The position numbers and the translations under genes are program-made. From the NCBI GenBank assembly GCA_963830365.1, contig CAWHMU010000047.1, positions 1 to 64,000 of the forward strand: 64,000 nt of DNA. The letters run 5' to 3'. This DNA is from an uncultured Chlamydiae bacterium. GTDB lineage: Bacteria; Chlamydiota; Chlamydiia; Chlamydiales; Parachlamydiaceae. The notes beneath the pieces were generated by a model that saw nothing but the letters and a program-made list of their open reading frames with translations, was not told where the DNA came from and searched no databases. Positions 11,086 to 20,043 of this stretch are shown here, piece by piece (the stretch's first letter is position 1; each line of letters opens with the position of its first letter).

Positions 11086-11748
11086 TCAATCCCTGGACAG
11101 GCAGCAGATCAAATCGCCGTCGGCTACAGATATTTTGAAAGCAGATGTTAAGCAGATGTTGGAAAGGCTCATGAAATATTTGTCGAAGACGGCGTCATGC
11201 AGCTCCCACTTTAGACCTTGCGTGCATACTCCCGAAGCTTTCGTCAATGGAATAATAGATACTCTTTGTCCGGGATGGCAGGGGATTTCTAAGCTGCTAT
11301 TGATGGCAAAAAGGCGCTCATTTTCGGTTTCGATGACGATTTTGCCGGGCAAGCGGCACATCAGATGCAGGTTGCTTAGGGCATGGTCGGTGCGTTTTTC
11401 TAGTGCTCCGAAGAGCCCGATTTTTTGCATTGAAGGTGAATTGACAGCATGAATGGCCAGCTCCATGTCACTTTCATTCTTATCAACTGGGAATTTTTCG
11501 CACGGGATATGCCGATACCCTGTCAATAACTCCGCTGGAATGGAGTCGAAATCACCGATGATTAGGTGTGGAAGGATATGCATCTCATGGCAGTGCAACA
11601 GCCCGCCATCGACGGCCACACATTTGTCGTATTGGCGAATTAAAGCAGCCATGAAAGGATAGTCGTGCATGGCGCCATTGGCAACCAAAGCCACCGAAAG
11701 AGTGTGAGAAAAGATTTTTTGAGCAAGTGGAATCGTGCGTTGAGTCAT
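11086..11748 (-). CDS. thiN: thiamine pyrophosphokinase
   Basis: VAVDGGL, IGDFDSI, DKNESDMELA, RTDHALSN, TQGLKWEL. Confidence 0.92.
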   Translation of the reverse strand: MTQRTIPLAQKIFSHTLSVALVANGAMHDYPFMAALIRQYDKCVAVDGGLLHCHEMHILPHLIIGDFDSIPAELLTGYRHIPCEKFPVDKNESDMELAIHAVNSPSMQKIGLFGALEKRTDHALSNLHLMCRLPGKIVIETENERLFAINSSLEIPCHPGQRVSIIPLTKASGVCTQGLKWELHDAVFDKYFMSLSNICLTSAFKISVADGDLICCLSRD

Positions 11749-11806
11749 GCTACTCTACGTGGGTACTCTATGGTACTCTTAAGAAGAGGTGCTCTTAAGA
11801 AGAAAA

Positions 11807-11890
11807 TGCGGCCAAGATGACTCGAACATCCACCGAGTTGCCCCGACTAGAACCTGAATCTAGCGCGTCTACCAATTCCGCCATGGCCGC
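11807..11890 (-). tRNA. tRNA-Leu(CAG)
   Basis: reverse complement GCGGCCATGGCGGAATTGGTAGACGCGCTAGATTCAGGTTCTAG...GTTCGAGTCATCTTGGCCGCA; long variable arm, anticodon CAG, no encoded CCA. Confidence 0.96.
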
Positions 11891-12013
11891 ATAATGATCA
11901 CACATTCTATGGGATTGCGTTCTTTTTATGCAATAGAAGAACGCAATTTCTGTTTATGATCAATTGGAATTCAGCTATCATCAGTGCTTCAACCAGCTAA
12001 CCAGTTATTTTTT

Positions 12014-13171
12014 ATGAGCGAAAGCAGCCCTATTTATAGCAAAACCCACCCCTTTCTCGCCGCCGTCACTGACCGCTACAGCCTATGCCGCCCCGGCTCT
12101 GCCAAGAGCGTTGAGCATGTGGTACTTAGCCTAAAGGGTTCCGGCCTGACGTATCAAGTCGGCGACAGCATCGCCGTCATGTCGATGAATGATCCAGAAG
12201 TGGTCGAAAAGACAATTCAGCTGCTGCACGCAGCAGGCGATGAGCCTGTCAGTGATAAGCATACCGGCCAGTTATATCCTTTGCGCGAATTTCTCACCAA
12301 AAAAGCCAATTTGGCCGATGTGCCGCGTAAGCTGATCGCCGAGATCGGCGCACGCCAGACGGATGCCTTGAAAAAGGAAAGGCTGGGGTTCATTTTGGGT
12401 GAAACGCAAAAAGACGCCCTAAAAGAATACCAGGCGGCGCATGAGATCTGGGATGCCCTGGAGGAAAATGCAGAGGTGTCGTTTGCGCCGGAAGAGCTTT
12501 GTCATATGCTGATGCCTTTGCTGCCGCGCTTTTATTCCATCGCCTCTTCCATGGCGGTGGTGGGAGAGGAGGTTCATCTGACGGTGGCGGAATTGATTTA
12601 CGAGACTAATGGGCATATTCGGCGCGGGGTATGCACCAACTACTTATGTCGCCTGGCCCCCATGCATGCTCCCGTGGTGCCCGTTTATATCCATCCCAGC
12701 AGCGGCTTCACTTTGCCGGCGGATGATTCCCTACCCGTCATTATGGTGGGTCCAGGCACGGGCGTGGCCCCTTACCGGGCCTTCATGCAGGAGCGCCTGT
12801 TCCATAATGCCGGCGGCCTCAACTGGCTGTTTTTCGGCGAGTGGCACCGTGACTACCAATTCTTCTATGCAGAATACTGGCAGGGTCTGGTTGAAACAGG
12901 GAAGTTGCGCTTGGAGACGGCGTTTTCACGCGACCAGGAGCATAAAATATATGTGCAGCATCGCCTACAGCAGCATGGGGATAAGCTTTATGACTTGCTG
13001 GAAAAGGGGGCGTATTTTTATGTGTGCGGCGATGCGCACCGCATGGCTAAAGATGTCGATGCCACGTTGCATGAGATTGTTAGGACGCATGGCGGCTGCG
13101 ATGAGCAAGGCGCCAAGGATTATGTCAAAAAACTCAAAGCCGCCAAGCGCTACCTGCGCGATGTTTATTAG
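12014..13171 (+). CDS. cysJ: CysJ-like FAD/NADPH oxidoreductase lacking the flavodoxin domain
   Basis: PRFYSIASS, GVCTNYL, MVGPGTGVAPYRAF, YVCGDAHRMAKDV, RYLRDVY. Confidence 0.85.
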   Translation: MSESSPIYSKTHPFLAAVTDRYSLCRPGSAKSVEHVVLSLKGSGLTYQVGDSIAVMSMNDPEVVEKTIQLLHAAGDEPVSDKHTGQLYPLREFLTKKANLADVPRKLIAEIGARQTDALKKERLGFILGETQKDALKEYQAAHEIWDALEENAEVSFAPEELCHMLMPLLPRFYSIASSMAVVGEEVHLTVAELIYETNGHIRRGVCTNYLCRLAPMHAPVVPVYIHPSSGFTLPADDSLPVIMVGPGTGVAPYRAFMQERLFHNAGGLNWLFFGEWHRDYQFFYAEYWQGLVETGKLRLETAFSRDQEHKIYVQHRLQQHGDKLYDLLEKGAYFYVCGDAHRMAKDVDATLHEIVRTHGGCDEQGAKDYVKKLKAAKRYLRDVY

Positions 13172-13232
13172 CGCCTAGGATGTCCTGTACTGGAAAAAGG
13201 TGGCTGCAAGTAGGCGGTTATCGGCTTTGGTC

Positions 13233-14033
13233 TTAAGGCGCTGGAATATCTATTGGCTCTGACATTTTGCGTGCGCGATGTATGGTAAATGAACCTGTCT
13301 TGGCAAAGTTATCGTCGTTAATAATGATGCCTCTTGGATACTTATCCTGATTGTTCTCAAGGAAGAATATGATTTTTTTCATAAGATCTTCCCTCTTTAC
13401 ATACACTTGAAAAGCATTAATATCTTCCTTTTTACGCAGGCACCAGTCGATCAATAAACAGCTCAAATTTTCCTGTAGTTCATCGCATTCAATGATTTGA
13501 TTTTCGCTATCGATTTTTTTAAGGTAGGCGTCGACGAAATCGGGGGTTTGCAGTGCAAAATTGTTATATACTGTTCTGGCAGTGTCTATATGATTCAGTT
13601 CATAAAGCCTCTGCATGGCAGTTACATGTATTGTCACATCGATAGAGATCTTATGAGAAGTGAGTAATTTGAAAATGTTTTCAATGATTTTATTTGATAC
13701 TTTCTCGCCACATTCGGAGGAACAAAGGGTAAGTAATTCACAGACTTTTAAATGAATGGCATCAATATCTCCGCGGTTAACCGAAGCTAAATCCGCGCTG
13801 GCTTGGCGCATATGAAAACCAATCATTTGGTCTATTGCGGTAATTCTTTGAATTTTCGTTGATTGACGGAGCCGTGAACATTCACTTTTTTCTTCCGCAA
13901 TAGGAGCTAGACGATGTTGATATGGTTGGCCTTGAACAGAGTGGCGAACAGAGTGGCGAACAGAGGGGCTGCAGGTGGAGTGGCTGAAATCTAGGCCGGT
14001 TACAGTTAACGAATTCCCAGTTAATGCATTCAT
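13233..14033 (-). CDS. effector-like protein with PPR-like repeat and degenerate Smr-like C-terminus
   Basis: ATG at 14033 with upstream GAGG; ISIDVTIHVTAMQRLYELNHIDTARTVY; CLLIDW shared with neighbour; internal 12-bp tandem repeat (SVRH). Confidence 0.6.
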   Translation of the reverse strand: MNALTGNSLTVTGLDFSHSTCSPSVRHSVRHSVQGQPYQHRLAPIAEEKSECSRLRQSTKIQRITAIDQMIGFHMRQASADLASVNRGDIDAIHLKVCELLTLCSSECGEKVSNKIIENIFKLLTSHKISIDVTIHVTAMQRLYELNHIDTARTVYNNFALQTPDFVDAYLKKIDSENQIIECDELQENLSCLLIDWCLRKKEDINAFQVYVKREDLMKKIIFFLENNQDKYPRGIIINDDNFAKTGSFTIHRARKMSEPIDIPAP

Positions 14034-14260
14034 GGGCTGCCTCAGTAATATGTCCAAAAATATTAAGTAATATTATGTGTCAGGTATAAACTTAGTCTAC
14101 TAAACTTAAGTTGCTGGTACATTATAATGACAAATCCCAATTTTGTCTGTATTTATTTTATTGTGATCGGTGCAGGTGATGGATTAGACGTTTTAAGACC
14201 TGTTGTGGCTGGACTCGCTATGACAGATCGTCTTTAAGGCGGCTTAAAAGCAATATTATT

Positions 14261-14305
14261 TGGCCTGGAGGGTCTATATGTCATAGCCTAGGTCAGAGCA
14301 AAGCG
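14261..14305 (+). repeat. REP-like unit (GGCCTGAAAGGCC...TAGCCC family), degenerate copy
   Basis: ggcctggagggtctatatgtcatagcctaggtcagagcaaagcg aligns to the reverse complement of 17505-17550. Confidence 0.7.
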
Positions 14306-14395
14306 CAGGTCTTGGTTATGAAAAAAAGATTCGAATCCTAAAAGGAAGACGTGGAAATTGACTAAGCAGTAATTTTGGCATGTCGCTCCTAATAC

Positions 14396-15394
14396 TTAGA
14401 GGCCAAAGGGTTTCTTTTTTGAAGAGGAACTAGAGCCTGGTTTTTTTTGGCTATGGGGAGATTGGATGGGAATCGGTATAGAAGTTGCAGAGGAGGCGCG
14501 TCTTCTGATGATACCTTTAAGGATAAATGAAGATTCGGAATTCGTACTTGAAGAGGATCTTGATCTGTTTGATATGTCATCAATAATCTCTATTGAATCA
14601 TGCTGATCTAGTAAGAATATTTTGATGTTTTGTGCTAGGGATAGTGCCTGGAGATCTCCGGCCTGGCCTGTCGAGACCTTTATTGGTGTGGTGATTTTAT
14701 GATGCCGTATGTACCAATCCATCAGCAAGCAAGCCACAGCCTTAGATAGTCCGTAGCATTTGATTTCACTAAGCAGATATGATGCCTGTCCGAGTTTGCC
14801 GGATGCTTGTGGTAATACCAGGTGTTTTTGGATTGATTCTTGACTACGTCTGGCATACAGGTCGAAGGCTTTTCTGGCATTGCCAATATCGTCCGCTTCA
14901 AAAATGGCCTCTATTGTTTTTATGTAACCTTGTTCATCCAGGTCTATATGATCGCTAGTTATTTCACGAAGAATCTTGGCGATTATGGTGGCATTCAGGG
15001 GACTACTTAGAACCTTTAAAAAGTATTTTTTTGCATCGGATTCATCCGTGCCGATTCGAGTCTTGATCTGATGGTAGGTTTCCCAGTCTTTGATGTTTTC
15101 GTCAGATGAAGTCGCAGCATCCATTCTTGAAGCGGATTTCGGAGAAAATGATATATCATCAAAATCAAATTGCAAGTCATTAGAATGCGCGCTGAGAACA
15201 TCTTCATCATCACGTTTGGAATCTGTTGAAGAGGGACTTGCAACTGAGCTACGATTTCGACTGGTTGGACTGAATAAACCGTTACTTGAGGAACAGCTGT
15301 TGCAAGAGGTATCATTTTTGGAAGAGTAGGTGTGTGCGCCCTGGGAATATAAAGACAGATAGGGCGGCAAAGAGGCTGGTAATTTTGAAGACAT
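14396..15394 (-). CDS. Ser-rich effector-like protein with PPR-like repeat and Smr-like domain
   Basis: IDLDEQGYIKTIEAIFEADDIGNARKAFDLY; EIKCYGLSKAVACLLMDWYIR...IKVSTGQAG. Confidence 0.65.
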   Translation of the reverse strand: MSSKLPASLPPYLSLYSQGAHTYSSKNDTSCNSCSSSNGLFSPTSRNRSSVASPSSTDSKRDDEDVLSAHSNDLQFDFDDISFSPKSASRMDAATSSDENIKDWETYHQIKTRIGTDESDAKKYFLKVLSSPLNATIIAKILREITSDHIDLDEQGYIKTIEAIFEADDIGNARKAFDLYARRSQESIQKHLVLPQASGKLGQASYLLSEIKCYGLSKAVACLLMDWYIRHHKITTPIKVSTGQAGDLQALSLAQNIKIFLLDQHDSIEIIDDISNRSRSSSSTNSESSFILKGIIRRRASSATSIPIPIQSPHSQKKPGSSSSSKKKPFGL

Positions 15395-15502
15395 TATAAA
15401 AACCCCTGCCGTAGTTTTTTTACAGGAAGGCCCGCTTTTTGGGCATGCGCCATAATCGTGATTCTATTGAAAAAAGGATATTGGGTCTAAGCCTTTTTTC
15501 GC

Positions 15503-16912
15503 TTATTCTTTCAACTGCCTAGCGTGGGTGAAGATGCCGACAAGCTGGCGCCGCCACCATAAGCCATGTTCCCGTTTCTCTTGCCACGAGCTGAAGGTAT
15601 ATTCATATTTGAGTGTGCGTACAAAGCGCGGCGGGGCCGAGGGGAAGGGGTTATGCTTGAGTAACTTCAGCACTGCTGGCGAACCCGTTAACAGGCGGTA
15701 GATAAAATTATCCATCCAGGCGTCATAGCGGTAGCGTCCCAAAGGCAGAAACCAGGCCTGCCAGTCGAGGCGCGGCTGGTAGGGGGAGATGCGCTGCGGA
15801 CGCCTGGTGATTTCGGACGGTTTGTAATAGAAAGTGTATTCCTGCCAGTGTTCCGCATCTTGGCTGCCTTCGAAGATGATTTCATGGCGCGTGGTGGTCA
15901 TTACGGCGAAAATGCCATAGCGGTTGGAAACGTGGTAATAGCTGAATTTCTGCAGCAAGGAGTCGAACAGGGCATTGGGATAGAAATGCTGCCACAGCTG
16001 CATGATGTTTAATAGGACCAATAGGCCGCCGACACCTGTGCAGAATAAATCTATGGCAAGCGATGCGTTTCCATCAGCACCCGCCAACACCAGCCAAGCC
16101 GGCATATAGGCATTGGCCACTAAGATGGTCGACAGCACTACCGTCAGATGGTTTAGATAGGAGAAATTCCCCGTCAGCCAGATGCACCATTGCAGTCCGA
16201 CAAAAGCGAAAAACACCGCTAAACGCATCTCGGCGCTGCCGAACATGGCAAACGGCACCACGATCTCTATCACGAGCATTATCAACGTCGATAGTTTATG
16301 GAACCACATGGGCAGCTTATGCGCATACCAGGCGGTCATATTCGGAATGGGCTGCGACTGGTAATGGTAAGCTACGCCGGTGAGATTGCGCCAATTGGGA
16401 TCATGGCTTTGCAGCTTGACGGCGCCGCCTTGAAGGTGAAAACGAAAGAGCACCAAATTCAGGCTGATCCAGACCATCACGTTTGGCTGGGAAGAGAGAC
16501 TTAAGAAGAAGGCGTTGACGGTGATTTCCAGCAGGAACCCCTCCCAGCCGAAGCTTAAAAAATCCTGTCCGGCGGTGACGATGGAAAGGTAGAGCACATA
16601 TAGCAGCAAGAGCAGCAGGGGAGGGTATACGCCAAACATCAGCAGCACGGAGAGTACACTGCCGCAGATTACTACAGACAACAATGCCCGGTCGCTGCAA
16701 TTCAGCCAGAATATTGTCGGCGCCAGCTGGTAGCAGCTTCCAGGCAACTGCTGGCGCAGCCAGGCCAGGAAGTTAGCCAGCGGCAGGATGCCTTGCGCGC
16801 CGATCAAGCCCTTGATCTGGAAAAGGAAGGCGCCGAAAGCAAAGAAATAGATAAAACCCAGCAGCCTTATAAACAGGGCGATGGCATAGCTGTAGGATAA
16901 GGGATCGAACAT
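15503..16912 (-). CDS. lipase maturation factor family membrane protein
   Basis: FIRLLGFIYFFAF, QDFLSFGWEGFLLE, YHYQSQPIP, PYQPRLDWQAWF. Confidence 0.93.
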   Translation of the reverse strand: MFDPLSYSYAIALFIRLLGFIYFFAFGAFLFQIKGLIGAQGILPLANFLAWLRQQLPGSCYQLAPTIFWLNCSDRALLSVVICGSVLSVLLMFGVYPPLLLLLLYVLYLSIVTAGQDFLSFGWEGFLLEITVNAFFLSLSSQPNVMVWISLNLVLFRFHLQGGAVKLQSHDPNWRNLTGVAYHYQSQPIPNMTAWYAHKLPMWFHKLSTLIMLVIEIVVPFAMFGSAEMRLAVFFAFVGLQWCIWLTGNFSYLNHLTVVLSTILVANAYMPAWLVLAGADGNASLAIDLFCTGVGGLLVLLNIMQLWQHFYPNALFDSLLQKFSYYHVSNRYGIFAVMTTTRHEIIFEGSQDAEHWQEYTFYYKPSEITRRPQRISPYQPRLDWQAWFLPLGRYRYDAWMDNFIYRLLTGSPAVLKLLKHNPFPSAPPRFVRTLKYEYTFSSWQEKREHGLWWRRQLVGIFTHARQLKE

Positions 16913-16919
16913 TGTTTCC

Positions 16920-17411
16920 TTAAACTTCTTCCTGAGTGGTAATCAAGGCAAAACACTGCACACCATCTCCGCAGCCGAAGTCGGTCAGCCCTTCGCCTGA
17001 CGTGGCCGTAATGCCCACTTGGGTGATATCAAGTCCCATGACGCGCGCAATATTTGCACGCATCTCCAGCAGGCGGGATTTGAATTTAGGTTTCATGCCT
17101 TCGAGGGTCACGGCCACATGCGAAATTTCCTGCTTGCCAAGTGTCTTCATGGCTGCCGCCAGATACACCTCACTGTCGGTGATGCCGTCCTTAAGGCAAA
17201 GGTCGTCGGCAATAGCCCCCAAGATGAGTTCGCCTGTCACCGAGGTGATAGCGTTGCAGATGGCATGAAAGACAATATCGCCGTCTGAATTGGCCATGAA
17301 GCCCGGCACACCCTCGAAAATAATGCCGCCGATGACGCAAAGTTTGGAGGAGTCTTGGGAGAGAAAACGATGGCTGTCTTGTCCAATGCCTGTGCGGATT
17401 CGCAAGCGCAT
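16920..17411 (-). CDS. ispF: 2-C-methyl-D-erythritol 2,4-cyclodiphosphate synthase
   Basis: [32 protein letters not shown]. Confidence 0.93.
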   Translation of the reverse strand: MRLRIRTGIGQDSHRFLSQDSSKLCVIGGIIFEGVPGFMANSDGDIVFHAICNAITSVTGELILGAIADDLCLKDGITDSEVYLAAAMKTLGKQEISHVAVTLEGMKPKFKSRLLEMRANIARVMGLDITQVGITATSGEGLTDFGCGDGVQCFALITTQEEV

Positions 17412-17504
17412 GATGCAAAGCTCCTTGAAAGTTTCATGATTTTAGAAACAATTGTTTTTACATGCTTTTGCTTAAAAATGATAGCCGGAAAATATAATTG
17501 CCAT

Positions 17505-17550
17505 CGCTTTGCCCCGACCCGGGCTATGACAGATAGGCCTTTCAGGCCTG
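17505..17550 (-). repeat. REP-like unit (GGCCTGAAAGGCC family)
   Basis: reverse complement caggcctgaaaggcctatctgtcatagcccgggtcggggcaaagcg. Confidence 0.75.
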
Positions 17551-17575
17551 GAACAAAATCCTATATATGGCAGGC

Positions 17576-17638
17576 TATACCACGCGCGGTTAGGTTTGGC
17601 ATTTTTCGGCTGCGCCAAACCTAACCGCATGTGGTATA
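17576..17638. repeat. 63-bp TATA-bounded palindromic mini-element; right-arm copies at 48904-48922 and 55882-55902
   Basis: tataccacgcgcggttaggtttggc ... gccaaacctaaccgcatgtggtata. Confidence 0.8.
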
Positions 17639-17811
17639 ATTCAATCAACCGATAATTGGTTCTGCTAATCAAAATTTTATTGCCGAAAAAATGGCGGACT
17701 GTTAAAGAAAGGGCATTAATGTATTGCAGTTAAGCGTGCAATTGTTGTAAGTTTGCGGGTCTTTAATCATTTTTTTATAATCAAACCCTAGTAACAACTG
17801 GCGGAACCTTC

Positions 17812-19236
17812 ATGGATGTCTTAAAAATCACCGGTGGAAACCCTCTCAAAGGCCATGTAAAAGCGGCAGGTGCCAAAAATGCCATGACCAAGTTGTTAGT
17901 GGCGTCTTTGCTGTCTGACAAACGTTGCCGTTTTTATAACGTACCCAATATCGGTGACGTTGAGGTCACTGTCGCCCTCTGCCAGGAAATCGGCATGCAG
18001 GTCGAGTGGGATCGCCAGGCCGGTGTCATGGAGGTTATCACCAAAGAACTAAAGACCTCCTATATCCCGCAGCGCTTTTCCGGCGCCAACCGCATTCCTA
18101 TTTTGATGATCGGCGCACTGCTAGGCCGTACCGATGAAGATATCATCATTCCGACTGTCGGCGGCTGTGCCATAGGCACGCGCTCGGTGGATTTTCACAT
18201 CCAAGCGCTTGAAAAACTCGGCGCCAGTATAGAATACCGCGGCATGAAGAAGGAAGGCGCTTATTTTGCGCATGCGCACAATGGACTTAAAGGCACTTTA
18301 ATCCATCTAAACTACCCTTCCGTCGGTGCCACCGAGAATACGATTTTGGCAGGCGTAACAGCACGCGGCATCACTGTCATCAAAAATGCTGCCATCGAAC
18401 CTGAAATTGTCGAACTGATCCTATTTCTACAAAAGCTTGGCGCCATCATTACGCTGGATGTCGACCGCACCATCCGCATCCAGGGCACGCGCCGTTTCCA
18501 TGAAGTGGAGCATACTGTCATTCCTGACCGTATCGAAGCCGCCTCCTGGGGTATGGCTGCGATCAGTTCCAAAGGACGCGTTTTTGTCGAAGGCGCTCAG
18601 CACATCAATATGGTAACCTTTCTGAATAAGATCAGAGAGGTGGGCGGCGGCTTTGACATCAAGAGCAACGGCATAGAATTTTACTATGACGGTCCCCTGC
18701 AGGGCGGCTTGCATCTGGAGACAGATGTTCATCCCGGTTTTATGACCGACTGGCAGCAGCCTTTTGTGGTCCTGCTCACCCAGGCCACGGGGTCGTCGGT
18801 GGTGCATGAAACGGTATATGAAAACCGCTTCGGCTATACCGAGACGCTGGGCGAAATGGGCGCCGATATCACGCTATTCCGCCAGTGCCTGGGCGGCAAG
18901 CAGTGCCGCTTTGCTTCGCAGAGCTTCTGCCATAGCCTCATCGTAAAAGGGCCTTCTCCGTTGTTTGCTAAAGATATCGTCGTGCCCGATCTGCGGGCCG
19001 GCTTTGCCTATGTGATGGCGGCTTTGCTGGCCAAGGGGACAAGTAATATCTCTGGATTGCAGTTCCTTGACCGCGGCTATGAAAATCTGGCATCCAAGCT
19101 TGTCCAACTGGGTGTCGAGGCAGTACGCGAAAATGTCGACGACGCACAAGTCAAAGTGCCGGCGGCTGCGGTGGCAGCGCAAGAGCTGCCACTGGCAGCA
19201 AAGTTTGCACAAGTTCCGGCCGGCAAGCTTTTCTAG
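17812..19236 (+). CDS. murA: UDP-N-acetylglucosamine 1-carboxyvinyltransferase
   Basis: GAKNA, GGCAIGTRSVDFH, SVGATEN, PDRIEA, DLRAG, LDRGYE. Confidence 0.97.
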   Translation: MDVLKITGGNPLKGHVKAAGAKNAMTKLLVASLLSDKRCRFYNVPNIGDVEVTVALCQEIGMQVEWDRQAGVMEVITKELKTSYIPQRFSGANRIPILMIGALLGRTDEDIIIPTVGGCAIGTRSVDFHIQALEKLGASIEYRGMKKEGAYFAHAHNGLKGTLIHLNYPSVGATENTILAGVTARGITVIKNAAIEPEIVELILFLQKLGAIITLDVDRTIRIQGTRRFHEVEHTVIPDRIEAASWGMAAISSKGRVFVEGAQHINMVTFLNKIREVGGGFDIKSNGIEFYYDGPLQGGLHLETDVHPGFMTDWQQPFVVLLTQATGSSVVHETVYENRFGYTETLGEMGADITLFRQCLGGKQCRFASQSFCHSLIVKGPSPLFAKDIVVPDLRAGFAYVMAALLAKGTSNISGLQFLDRGYENLASKLVQLGVEAVRENVDDAQVKVPAAAVAAQELPLAAKFAQVPAGKLF

Positions 19237-19453
19237 AGGCGACATAGTGCGGCATGTCAAATGCTCACTAAATCCTGGTATATATAAGTCGGGCTGATAA
19301 TCCAATTTTAATATCCTGGCCATCGTAATATCTTGTTATTTTTTCTTGCTCTTTTCTCTATGCAAGTCCTGCAAACTGAAAGAACCCGGTTTTGCAGACC
19401 AAGAATTATGAAGTAAGATATAAGAATTTTCCTAGGCGAAGCCCATCTCTTTG

Positions 19454-19692
19454 GGTTCATCACACAAATGAGTGGTTGGCAGAGATAACTTCTCAAAAAC
19501 TCATAGCGTGACAGGGCTTTGAGGATTGGGGTCAGGCTTGTGATTTGCGATTTGAAAGTCCTAAATGCATTAGAGAGCCTGACTCCTTTCAAATCGCAAA
19601 TCGCAAGCCTGACCCCAATCCGTTCAACCAAAGTCTACATTTAGGGTTTTTGGGTTTTCACCTCTGTCAACCACTCATTTGTGTGATGAGAC
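19454..19692. mobile_element. 239-bp MITE with 31-bp TIRs (28/31) and 8-bp TSD TCTCTTTG, carrying an internal 36-bp-arm REP doublet
   Basis: TSD at 19446-19453 and 19693-19700; TIR ggttcatcacacaaatgagtggttggcagag; inner arms 19523-19558 / 19586-19621. Confidence 0.88.
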
Positions 19693-19713
19693 TCTCTTTG
19701 TAGGCCATTAGCT

Positions 19714-20021
19714 AAGGCTTGCGAGCGCAAACGAAGACAGTCGCAGTTACGGGTTTTACAGGAGAAACGATTACCCCGTAGGAGACAATTGCAAAAGTGA
19801 TAATAAATTCGTTTATAACATAAATTTATTGCTTCTTTCCTAAAAAATCACCGATTTTTGGGCATGGTTCAAAAGCAGGTAACACTCAAAAAATAACAAG
19901 ATGATGGCGGGATGGCAAAAAAGATATTTCCTAACCATCCTGCAATTGCCTCCTACGGGGTTAAGCACTTTACTTGTTGTTCCCTTAGCTGCGGCTGTTT
20001 TCGCTTGCGCTCTCAAGCCTT
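19714..20021. repeat. 308-bp palindromic element with two nested arm pairs
   Basis: outer 40-bp arms aaggcttgcgagcgcaaacg... (34/40); inner accccgtaggagacaattgca / tgcaattgcctcctacggggt. Confidence 0.85.
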
Positions 20022-20043
20022 CCGAGTAACAATAGGTTGAATG

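Noticed and set aside
11749..11806. TPP riboswitch upstream of thiN
   Set aside because: The gap to the tRNA is under 60 bp and lacks the GCUGAGA core
11807..15400. tRNA-anchored integrative island
   Set aside because: No integrase and no duplicated tRNA 3' end found
19308..19631. 107-aa ORF downstream of murA
   Set aside because: Spans MITE and REP sequence; no recognisable protein features
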